DNA of 63,030 bases, filler included, from Chrysochromulina tobinii (lineage: Eukaryota): the NCBI GenBank assembly GCA_001275005.1. It is 6 parts of 6 records of this genome, joined end to end, with 100 filler letters (N's around TTAATTAATTAA, not from the genome) between each part and the next. Parts side by side here need not be neighbours in the genome. Positions count along the whole stretch, not along the records: positions 46,821 to 56,991 come from JWZX01000405.1; positions 57,092 to 60,344 come from JWZX01000409.1; positions 60,445 to 63,030 come from JWZX01000410.1; 3 more parts are not named here. One strand, written 5' to 3'. Under the pieces are notes generated by a model. The model saw only the letters and a program-made list of their open reading frames with translations. It was not told where the DNA came from and did no database searches. Below are positions 53,086 to 63,030 of the stretch, piece by piece. The first letter of the stretch is position 1. Every line of letters starts with the position of its first letter. The position numbers and the translations under genes were made by a program.

Positions 53086-54045
53086 CGACGGGCGACGGCG
53101 CCGTCTCGTCGCTCGTTGCAGCGGTCGCCAGGGGGCCACCAGCGCAGCGGCGGCGCCGCTTTCGGCGCGAACGTAACGAGCCGATACCTGGTGCTTTTCA
53201 CAGAGGGCCCCGCGGCTGCCGGCAAGGGTGAGACGGCCAACCCGCCCGAGGAGGCCGAAGGCAGCGCGGCAGCGGCAGCCAGCACAGCGAGCACAGCCGC
53301 GCCGGCGCCGGCGGCACCGACGCTTGGGTATGGGCTCAAATGCCTGCGGAATGCGCTCGTGCTGTGTCACGTGCAGCTCGGGGGCGCCGCCCTGACCGCC
53401 GTCAACGCCGCCGACTACGCGCAGCTGCTCAGCTCGAGTGCGAACGGCACCTCCTCGCCGGCCGACGAAGCCACCCTGCAGGTGCACGCGGTGCTGCGGC
53501 TGACGCTGCTGCACCTGAGCTGGGTGAGTCTCGCTGTAGGGGACGCGTCGCCCGCGCTCTCGTGGGCGTCGCAGCTGCTCTCGATGGACGCATGCCCGCC
53601 GAGCCTCAAGCTGTACGCCCACCTGTACGCATGCGACGCACTGGTCCAACTCAGCCGCTCGTCAGAGGCGCTCGAGCACCTGACTGCCGCGCTCGAGAGC
53701 AACGAGCCGCTCGTCACGGTCGCCAGCTGCACCGGCGCCGAGCCCCCCGCCGCCGCCGACGGCGAAGGGCTCGACTGCGTGCGCAACCCGTACAGCCTGC
53801 TACTCGGCGCGAGCGCCGGCGGCGGCCAAGTGGCCGCACGTGCCACTCTGTACGCCAACTTGGCCGTGGTGCATGCGCTGCGTGGGGACAGAGCTCAGGC
53901 TTGCGACTATGCGCAGCAGGCGCTGCGCGCACAGCCCGACTGCCGCCAGGCGCTGCTGTGCTCGGTGTACCTCGAGCTGCAAGCGGGCCGCACGGAGAGC
54001 GCTCTCGAGCTCCTCAAGAAGCACCGGACGGGGACGCCCAAATAG
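51739..54045 (+). CDS. CNOT10: CCR4-NOT subunit 10 (TPR-like); intron 51839-51930; apparent +1 frameshift near 53131-53135
   Basis: D|TKVLHNLAIAEY, YNMAVLYYQLKQF, LFLKCNLEW..QNFRKAIKLL, NNMGCIH, YNRGLQYLLSGKP.AAF.CF, VWLRLGEACV. Downstream frame has RYLVL, CLRNAL, AHLYACDALVQL, LYANLA, YLELQAG. Confidence 0.85.
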
Positions 54046-54934
54046 CGCGCTTCGTCAATAGATGCTCAATTGGCTGCTCCGCCCAAATAGCGCTGAGCAC
54101 ACGCACATTCCCACCTCTCCCGCGTCGCTGCCGCTGCAGCTGCGCTGTCTCTCCTTCCGCGCGCCGACGGCGGAGACGCGCGGAGAGGGAGGGTGTGGAA
54201 GAGAGAGAGCAGAGTAGGTGGGCGCCGGAGGCACGCGCAGGCACGCCCTCTATCTGGGGCGTCACGCGGCGCGCGGCTACTACTGTGGGGGCTCTTTTTC
54301 TTGGGGAGCGGGACGAGCGCGGGCGTGCGTGCGCCGCGCCGCCGTCGTCTCGCTGGGGCGCGCCTGCCCATTTCCGTCTCTTGGGATCGGGTGCGGCGCG
54401 GGGTTGAAAATGTAATGACTAATGTAATCCTTAATATCGAAGATCGACTCACGCCCGGAAACACGACATTTCGAGACGTGATTGGTGATATCCCGGATTC
54501 GGGATTGCGAGGACAACCGCAGCGGTGCGGATCCCAATTATCATTTGAGCGAGACCGACAGACGAGTAGTTCAGTAGACGGCATGACCATGAGACGGAAA
54601 TGTACATGAGGCTGATGGCTCTCGGAACCGAGCGGCGACGTGCTGCTGGAAATTCTGGATACCGTTCTTGATCTTGAACCCCAGGTCCAGAGAGCAGCGT
54701 CCAGGGGCGTCCGCGGGTCGAGGTCCAGGGGCCGAGAAGGACATGATGAATTCTGTCGATTGTGAAAAAGAACGTGGGCGCGCCTGTGGCCCTGCTCGTG
54801 CTGCTGCGAGCTGGCTCCTCCGAGGTGCTCGGCCTGGCGGCGCAGGTGCGGTAGAGTCCATGGCCATGAAACCCCGTCTGCTGCGCTAGTCCAGGTGCAG
54901 CTCCTCTGCCGTCGTCCCGGGCGCCTCTGCTGCG

Positions 54935-56750
54935 CTAGTCCAGGTGCAGCCCGCTGCCGTCGTCCTCGGCCTTGGGCTTCGTCAACTGCTTCGTCTGATC
55001 ACCCGGCGCCGACGCGCCGGCGGCGGCGGCCCCGCCGGCAGTTGTGCCGCTGCCGTCGGCGCCGCCCACGTGGATGCCTTTTGAGCCAGTGAGCCCTTCA
55101 CAGAGCAAATCGGCTCGGAATCGGGGCACCTCCGGCGCGCCTCCCACTTCCACAGCCTGTCCCAACGGACCACCTCCCACAGCGGCGACGGTCTCGAATT
55201 GCTTGCGGTACGCCTTCGAGAAGACTTCGATATAGTAACTCGCTCCATTCCACACGCACACGCTCAAGATGGTGCCTAGGTAGAGGAGGTGAGCCCGGCG
55301 CGACGACCAGAGGTAGCATGCAGGCACGATGGTGAGTGCCGTATAGACGAGCTGCGAGGGGGCCAGTGCGGAGGCGACGAGAGGGTTAGGGCTGGGCGTT
55401 GGGGCAGGCATAAGGTAGGAGTGGCGGGGGGGTGGCGTCGTAGGGGGGTACGCGGTTGGCGGTTCGGGTTCCCCTCCCAGCACGAGATCGCACGAGATCG
55501 CACGAGATCGCACGAGATCGCACCTGGACGGAGACGAAGACGAGTTTCGTCTTCCAGTGCTCCGGGTCGAAGAGCTCGCCCTTGCGCATCACGCCCAGCT
55601 GGGTGCAGAGCACGTACACAGGCTTCGTGATGCCGGTGTAGCACCCGGGCGGCGGTTGGGCGGGCTTCGGGCGAGTCAGAGTGCGGATCGACGTATCCGA
55701 GTCAGGGGCGGGCAGGAAGACGAGCTCCGTCAGCACGAGGTGCGCCGCCTGCCAGGCGATGTAGCCGCCGAGCGCGCAGCCGACGGCCCACGGTATGTCG
55801 AGATGCTCGGGCAGCGCAGGCGAGAAAGCGGGCCACCCGTCGTCGTGCCATCCGGCGGGCGGGTGCCAGCGCATTAGGAAGCAGAGCAAGGGAGGCAGCG
55901 CGTGGATGTAGGCCGAGGTGACCTTGTCGAGGCTGTGGAAGACGAGGGAGTTGCGCCACGTGGGGATTGCCATCGCGAGCGGCCCCGTCGTCTGCGCAAA
56001 GTTGATCACAAAGAGTGTGAACGAGTCGGGCCAGACGAAAATCTGGGCCAGGCAGAGCAGGTTGGAGGCGTAGCAGAAGTCGAGAAGGAAGTAGTGCCAC
56101 CGGAGCACCTTGTAGTAGTACACGCGCGCGAGGAGCAGCGGCACGATGTAGACGCTGTAGCAGACCCAAAAGTGCTCCGGGTGCAGCAGCGCGACCGCCT
56201 CCAACACGAAGCACCCAAGCACGCCGAGCAGGAAGGAAACTTTGTCGCGCAGCCGCACGACCGGCGGCCGCTCGAGTGCTTTGCGCATGCGCATCGTGTT
56301 CTCGCGCACGAGGTCGCGCAGCCGGCGGTCCTCGGCACCCGTGAGGCTCTTGCGCACGCGGCGCACCACCTGGCTCTTGACCTGCTGAGCCTTTTGCGTG
56401 GCTGCCACACGCCGCCGATGCACCCTCTCGCCCGCGCTGCGCAGCCGCGCCGGAAGAGGCAGCGGCTTGCGCAGCAGTGCGCGCAGCGCTTCGCGCTCGA
56501 CCTTGACGCGGCGACGCACCTCTTGGAGAAAGGGCGCGAACCGCGCCACGGCGCCGTGGCGGCCACGCGTTGGCGACAACCGACCTTGCTCCTGCTCCAC
56601 CTGCATCTCAGCGGCGCTGCTGCCCAGGCTTTCCTCAAGGATCTTCATGACCGCTTCCTGCACCTCATCGCTGTCCTCGTGGTCGGCCGAGGTGGCAGCC
56701 GGAGCCGCAATGCTGCGCCGCCGAGCCGGTGATCGCGCCGCACGAGCCAT
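54935..56750 (-). CDS. GPC1: Glycerophosphocholine acyltransferase (DUF2838 family); exons 56750-55524 and 55351-54935
   Basis: DKVSFLLGV, WHYFLLDFCY, GPLAMAIPTWRNSLVFHSLDKVTSAYIH..P. GT-AG intron 55523-55352 joins Q|LVYTALT...WNGASYYIEVFSKAY. Confidence 0.9.
55481..55523 (-). repeat. (GTGCGATCTC)4 repeat beginning exactly at the GPC1 intron donor
   Basis: cacgagatcg x4 on the + strand. Confidence 0.9.
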
Positions 56751-56991
56751 TGGAAGTCTGTGAAAAGGCTGGAAGCGTGCTTGCCTTGGCACTGCATTCT
56801 GTAATATGATATGAATAGAGAAAGCCATGGAAAGCAAACCGCTGGCGACCGTAACGTGACTCAAACGTAGCTCGACGACATGCTCGACGATCAATTGTCG
56901 ACCACACAACATTAAACCAACCGTTGCATCACCCAAAGCTGGACGGGCGTGCGACAGTACGGGCAAATCTTCATGTTGGCCGTGCAGCGCT

Positions 56992-57091
56992 NNNNNNNNN
57001 NNNNNNNNNNNNNNNNNNNNNNNNNNNNNNNNNNNTTAATTAATTAANNNNNNNNNNNNNNNNNNNNNNNNNNNNNNNNNNNNNNNNNNNN
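56992..57091. other. Artificial contig linker
   Basis: N44-TTAATTAATTAA-N44. Confidence 0.98.
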
Positions 57092-57733
57092 CCGCCCACC
57101 CTTTCCTACCCCGTTGGCTACAGGGGTACTCGGTTGCGCTGGTTTAGGTACTTGTGGGTGTCGACTAATTAGCTTGCTTACACAGAGAAGAACTGCAACC
57201 AAATCTCTTTCCTATTATCTGTGTGAAACGGCTGTGAGCCGGAGCGTGCTCCCGCACCAACTCACAGTTGAAAAGGTCGTGCCTGTATGAAATATGGGAT
57301 ACGTATCGTATAGGAACCCCCCCCCCAAAAAAACTCCCCATCACCCCAGAGCACCCAGGGCGTGACGCTCACCCAGGCGGCTACGACGGCAGTCGGACCG
57401 ACGTCACGGTGAGCGCGCGGGTTTACATGCTGCGCGGCGCGCCATGCGGCCAACATATCAATCCCATGATCCATCTTCGGCAGAGTTCAGGAGAGATTTT
57501 TTGTAACAGACAGGAACTTCCCTCGGTCCCGTACTTCGAATCAAGCTTCGGATCTACGGATGAGCGTCGAACCTGCCAAACCGTCGCCGCTTTCTGCGCT
57601 TTCCGCGTCTGTACCTCTGTTTTGAAACGGTTGCGGACTTCAAAAAGATGCTCTTACCGGTAGGAAGCGACTCTCGCGGGGGCGATTTTCACGAAGAAGC
57701 CCCAACGTGGACGCTTTGGGACCGCGTGTTGGG

Positions 57734-60344
57734 ATGAAAACGGTGCCATATCTGCGGAGCATTGCCGGTGTGCTTGCAGCTGCGCTGGCGCTATTCATTG
57801 TGCTCTTCCTCGCAGCATCGCTACGAATGACGCCATGGCGATCTCCAATTCAGCCTGCGCCTCCAGCCCCATCGTTGATGCCGCCAGCGCTCCTACTGCC
57901 GCCGATTGATGCCACACCTGGAATTTCATTCGCGATTAAAGTCCACGACGTATACAGTCGCAGACGACTATCACACCATTCGCCGCCGCCGCCTCTTCCA
58001 CCATTGCGACCTCCACCCACAGCGCCGGCTCCACCCTCAGCGCCGCCTCCGTCGCCCGAGCCTATGCCACCACCGCCCCCAAGCCCGTTGCCACCACCTC
58101 CGTTGCCACCGCCGCCCTCCCCTCCGCCACCCTCACCACCTCCGCCCTCGCCTCCTCCTCCGTCCCCGCCTCCCCCATCGCCACCACCGCCATCTCCACC
58201 ACCCCCTTCACCGCCACCACTGGTGCCTCCTCCGTCTCCACCGCCCTCGCCGCCACCGCCGTCTCCTCCACCATCACCACCTCCGCCCTCGCCCCCACCG
58301 TCACCGCCGCCGCCCTCTCCACCACCATCGCCGCCCCCGCCCACGCCCTCCACCTTCGCCACCGCCGCCATCTCCACCGCCCTCGCCTCCGCCGCCCTCT
58401 CCTCCACCTTCACCTCCACCCCATCGCCACCGCCTTCTCCGCCTCCGCCCTCGCCACCGCCGTCGCCACCACCACCCTCACCACCGCCCTCTCCACCGCC
58501 CCCATCACCACCGCCGTCTCCGCCGCCACCAAGCCCTCCACCATCGCCGCCTCCCCATCGCCCCACCCTCGCCTCCTCCCCAAGCCCTCCGCCATCGCCA
58601 CCTCCTCCATCGCCGCCCCTTCGCCTCCCCCTCCCTCGCCACCACCCTCGCCACCACCTCCCTCGCCGCCTCCTTCGCCGCCACCGCCCTCTCGTCCTCC
58701 ATCCCCTTCCTCCTCCATCGCCGCCTCCCTTTCTACCTCCGCCTTCGCCTCCTCCATCACCACCTCCGCCGTCACCGCCACCATCGCCCCCTCCACCATC
58801 TCCGCCGCCATCTCCACCACCGCCATCGCCGCCGCCTTCACCTCCTCCTCCGAGCCCCCCGCCGTCGCCCCCTCCACCTTCGCTTCCGCCGTCGCCCCCG
58901 CCGCCTAGTACGCCGCCATCACCCCCTCCGCCGTCGCCGCCGCCCCCATCACCACCGCCGCCGAGCCCTCCACCATCACCTCCACCTCCAAGTCCACCGC
59001 CTTCACCGCCTCCTCCTTCACCGCCGCCCTCGCCGCCGCCACCCTCGCCGCCGCCCTCGCCGCCGCCACCCTCTCCGCCTCCATCCCCACCACCACCATC
59101 CCCACCACCATCACCTCCGCCACCTTCGCCGCCTCCATCGCCACCGCCACCATCACCCCCACCATCACCGCCGCCTCCTTCTCCGCCGCCATCACCACCG
59201 CCACCGAGTCCACCCCCATCTCCGCCGCCTCCATCTCCGCCTCCTTCGCCGCCACCACCGAGTCCTCCACCCTCGCCGCCCCCGCCTTCGCCGCCTCCCT
59301 TGCCTCCCCCGCCCTCTCCCCCGCCCTCTCCACCTCCTCCGTCGCCTCCGCCCTCTCCGCCGCCACCATCGCCGCCGCCTTCACCGCCGCCACCAAGCCC
59401 GCCGCCGTCTCCACCTCCTCCGTCTCCACCGCCCTCTCCACCTCCTCCGTCGCCTCCGCCCTCTCCGCCGCCTCCGTCGCCGCCGCCATCACCGCCGCCA
59501 CCAAGCCCGCCGCCATCTCCTCCACCACCATCGCCACCACCGTCGCCACCTCCTCCAAGCCCTCCGCCTTCGCCTCATCCGCCATCGCCTCCACCATCCC
59601 CACCCCCATCTCCGCCGCCACCGTCCCCGCCACCGTCGCCTCCGCCGCCTTCGCCACCTCCGTCGCCTCCGCCACCGTCGCCACCACCACCTTCACCCCC
59701 ACCCCCCTCGCCCCCGCCGTCGCCGCCACCGCCATCACCGCCTCCATCGCCACCTCCTCCCTCTCCTCCTCCATCGCCTCCTCCGCCATCGCCACCGCCC
59801 TCACCGCCGCCGCCCTCGCCCCCCCCTCGCCACCGCCTCCTTCTCCTCCGCCCTCTCCACCACCACCATCCCCGCCGCCATCTCCTCCACCACCTTCCCC
59901 TCCGCCTTCTCCGCCTCCTCCAAGCCCTCCGCCTTCGCCTCCTCCACCGTCGCCTCCACCTTCGCCGCCGCCACCGAGCCCACCTCCATCTCCGCCGCCT
60001 CCATCTCCGCCTCCATCACCGCCACCACCGAGTCCTCCACCCTCGCCGCCCCCGCCGTCGCCGCCTCCCTCGCCGCCCCCACCCTCTCCACCGCCCTCTC
60101 CACCTCCTCCATCGCCTCCTCCATCGCCTCCGCCGCCATCGCCGCCACCGTCGCCGCCACCGCCATCGTCTCCGCCCTCCCCTCCGCCTCCCTCACCGCC
60201 GCCGTTCCCTCCGCCACCGTCGCCGCCACCATCGCCTCCGCCGCCCTCACCACCTCCGTCACCCCCGCCACCATCACCCCCGCCCTCACCACCACCTCCT
60301 TCACCACCGCCCTCCCCGCCCCGCCGTCTCCACCACCTTCACCG
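57734..60344 (+). CDS. Membrane-anchored or secreted extensin-like (SPPP/SPPPP)n protein, 3'-partial, several local frame slips
   Basis: Hydrophobic IAGVLAAALALFIVLFLAA, RRRLS motif, then more than 2 kb of SPPP/SPPPP repeats with varied Pro codons. Confidence 0.75.
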
Positions 60345-60444
60345 NNNNNNNNNNNNNNNNNNNNNNNNNNNNNNNNNNNNNNNNNNNNTTAATTAATTAA
60401 NNNNNNNNNNNNNNNNNNNNNNNNNNNNNNNNNNNNNNNNNNNN
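60345..60444. other. Artificial contig linker
   Basis: N44-TTAATTAATTAA-N44. Confidence 0.98.
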
Positions 60445-63030
60445 GTGTTGGAGATGGCGGAGGTGATCGTTGTGGCGGCGAGGGCGGGGGTGGCGGCGTG
60501 GACGGCGGCGATGGCGGGGACGGCGGCGGGTACAGAACACGAGGGTGACAGTCGGAGCAGTCGGTGCCAAGCGAGCACCCTCGAGAGCCGCAGTCCGTGC
60601 AGTCGGTGCCGAGGCTGCAGTACGTCCACTCGGCACCGGGCCCGCCATCGTCGCACGTACCATCCGAGGCGTAATAGCTGCACGTGTCCGTGCATATGAT
60701 TCGAGAGCCGCAGTCCCTGCAGTCGGTGCCGAGGCTGCAGTACGACGACGGATAGCCATACCGATTATTACCGGGTCCGCCATCGTCGCAGTAGCCATCC
60801 GAGGCGTAGATGCAAGTCTCCGTGCACATCTGTGACTGCGAGCCGGGGCCACCATCTTGACAGGTGCCGTCGTAGGCATGCGCGCACGTATTGGTGCAGT
60901 TGAATATTGTCCAGGGGCGCCACGGAGGTGATGGTGGAGGTGGGCGCGGAGGTGGGCTTGGCGAGGGTGGCGGTAGCGGCGGTGGCTGCGGAGGCGGAGG
61001 TGGCGGTGGTGGCAGTGGAGGTGGCGATGGAGAAGGGGGCGGTGGCGGCGGGTGCACCAGGCGCGGGCCGCAGTCGGCACAGTCGGTGCCCAGCGTGCAG
61101 TTTGGTGATGGGGGAGCAATCGTGCGTGGCCCGCAGTCGTTGCAATCGGTGCCCATAGGGCAGCCTGTGTACTCCGAACCAGGGCCGCCGTCCTCACAGA
61201 GGCCGTTGTTGGCGCTGCTGCCAGATGAATAGTAGTAGCCTAAGTACTGCTGGTACCCAGTGTTGAAGTAGCCGTAGGAACAGTAAGCGGAAACACTGGA
61301 GCTGCCAATGTTGTTTCCGTTCGAGTAGTACATGTACGTTCCGTAGGACGATGAGTAGTAGCAGGCAGAGCAGGTGTTGAAGCAAGTGGACGGCGGAGGC
61401 GGAGGATTAGGAGGAGGCGGATGAGCACCAAAGCCACCGTCGTCGCACTGGCCATTGTTTGAAACAGAGCATGTGTTTGTGCATTGGATGATGCCTCCAT
61501 CGGGGAACCGTGGTGGAGGTAAGGGAGGCGGAGGGCTTGGGGGCGATGGGGGTGGTGATGGTGGTGGTGGTGGTTGTGGTGGTGGTTTTGGTGGTGATGG
61601 CGGAGGCGATGGTGGTGATGGTGGTGATGAGGGTGACTGTCGCCCGCAGTCGGTGCAATCGGTCCCCAGAGCGCAGGCTGAGTACTCCGAACCAGGGCCG
61701 CCGTCCTCACAGACGCCATTGCTGCCTCCTAGGTAGTAGTAGCCATAGGATTGATAAGAGTTGCCTCCTGGGTAGTAGTAGCCGTACGAACAGCTTCGCA
61801 TTGAGTTCTCGAAGTAGTAGCTGTTGCAGTTGCCATAGTCGCAACAACTTACACTGCAGGTGTTGGTGCATGTGGACCGCCCAGGTGGAGGTGGAGAGGG
61901 ACTGGGCGGTGGCGGTGAGGGCGGGGGAGGCGGAGGGGGAGAGGGAGGGGGACTTGGCGGTGGCCGTGGAGGCAAGGGAGGCGGAGAGGGACTGGGCGGT
62001 GGCGGTGAGGGTGGGGGAGGCGGCGAGGGGCTGGGCGGTGGCGGTGAGGGTGGCGGCGACGGTTGAGGCGATGGTGGCGGAGAGGGACTTGGCGGCGGCG
62101 GTGAGGGCGAGGGCGGCGGCGGCGGCGGGGATGGCGACGTGACGCACGCGACAGTCACGATGTCGACGGCAATGTCTCCCTCGGCGTCTCCCTGGGGAGA
62201 AAAGTGCGTGCCGCGCGTGCCTTCGAAGGTGAAGCTGGTCGCGCCGTCTAGCGGTGCGACCCCCGTGAGCCAGCTCGACCCTTGGGGCCCTGACCGGCTC
62301 CATTTGAGGACGCTGCCGGCATAGAGCTTCAAGCTCCCGATGGCGACGCCGTTCATGCAGTACGCAAAGGTGACGCTCGTCATTCCGCCCTGGCAGGCCG
62401 AGCCGTCATAGTTGAGATCGTAGGTATCCCCGAGCGCAAAGCCGTCTGCTTCTGTGAAGAAGTAAAAGGTGCCCTCAGCAGCGCCGCTTGGACCCGTGTT
62501 TGGGGTGGGCGTGGGTCCAGATTGGCGTGTCCATGAGTTCGAGGTGCTGCCCGTCGTCCACCCCGGGGACTCACTCGTCTCGAAGCTGAACTGCCTCGTA
62601 TCCGGCGGCGGCGGTCGTGGCGATGGCGAGAAGGGTGGCGACGGTGGTTGAGATGGTGGCGATGGGGGTGGCGACGGTGGCGGTGGCGACGGTGGCGGTG
62701 GCGACGGCGGCGGTGGCGACGGCGGCGGTGGCGATGGTGGAGGTGGACGTGGCGGTGGCGACGGTGGCGGGGGCGACGGTGGCGGTGGCGGCGGCGACGG
62801 TGGCGGTGGCGACGGTGGCGGCGGCGATGGTGGCGGCGATGGCGGAGGTGGACGTGGCGGTGGCGATGGTGGCGGTGGCGATGGTGGCGGTGGCGATGGT
62901 GGCGGTGGCGATGGTGGCGGCGACGGCGGAGGTGGAGACGGCGGTGGCGACGGCGGGGGTGGCGGTGGAGCGATCCCACGCTGTTGCCCGCAGTCGTCGC
63001 AATCGGTGCCCCGAGCGCAGGACGAGTACT
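60445..63030 (-). CDS. Internal fragment of a large surface protein: MAM domain, SPPP linkers and Cys-rich DGGPG repeats (both ends missing)
   Basis: The frame is open from 63028 (YSSCARGTDCDDCG). MAM WTRQSGPTPTPNTGP...GTFYFFTEA...FAYCMNG..IGSL...WSRSGPQGSSW...GDIAVD. Repeats C.NTC...G.C.DGGPG.E...C.LGTDC.DCG. Confidence 0.8.

Noticed and set aside
57268..57663. 131-aa ORF upstream of the extensin-like gene
   Set aside because: TTG start, atypical codon usage and no motifs; probably non-coding.
58340..59830. Frame switches in the SPPP array as programmed frameshifting or phase variation
   Set aside because: Low-complexity C-rich repeats near contig ends are prone to assembly indels; cannot be supported without reads.

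Overview
GC-rich eukaryotic nuclear DNA. A haptophyte alga (Chrysochromulina/Prymnesiales-like) is inferred from gene style, a bipartite-targeted NFU, SPPP surface proteins and TGATTGCC-type intron repeats. The window is six unrelated contigs joined by artificial 100-nt linkers (N44-TTAATTAATTAA-N44), so synteny across linkers means nothing. About 22 protein genes are supported, many with GT-AG introns that the ORF track splits: CWF19L1, CSN3, RPN8, RPN1 (partial), DRS1/DDX27, CNOT10, GPC1, plastid NFU, a KDM5-like JmjN-ARID-JmjC-PHD protein, an ankyrin-vWA-alpha-kinase, BTB-BACK, ARM, TPR-CS and CS proteins, four glycosyltransferase-like genes and four SPPP-rich surface proteins. There is also a solitary 5S rRNA gene and a ~200-bp MITE. 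The most striking signal is an apparent intron-generating system. (i) Three 70-74-nt intron units consist of a 22-29-nt copy of the downstream exon start (supplying the GT) plus a shared ~49-nt branch/acceptor cassette. (ii) Mirror-image introns have a minisatellite at the donor and a copy of the upstream exon end supplying the AG. (iii) Both types are stacked at one junction. (iv) Related sequence appears inserted antisense and in frame inside exons. The KDM5-like protein has lost its HxE iron ligands and carries a WHIM/WSD-like module. All calls are from reading the sequence; no searches were run.
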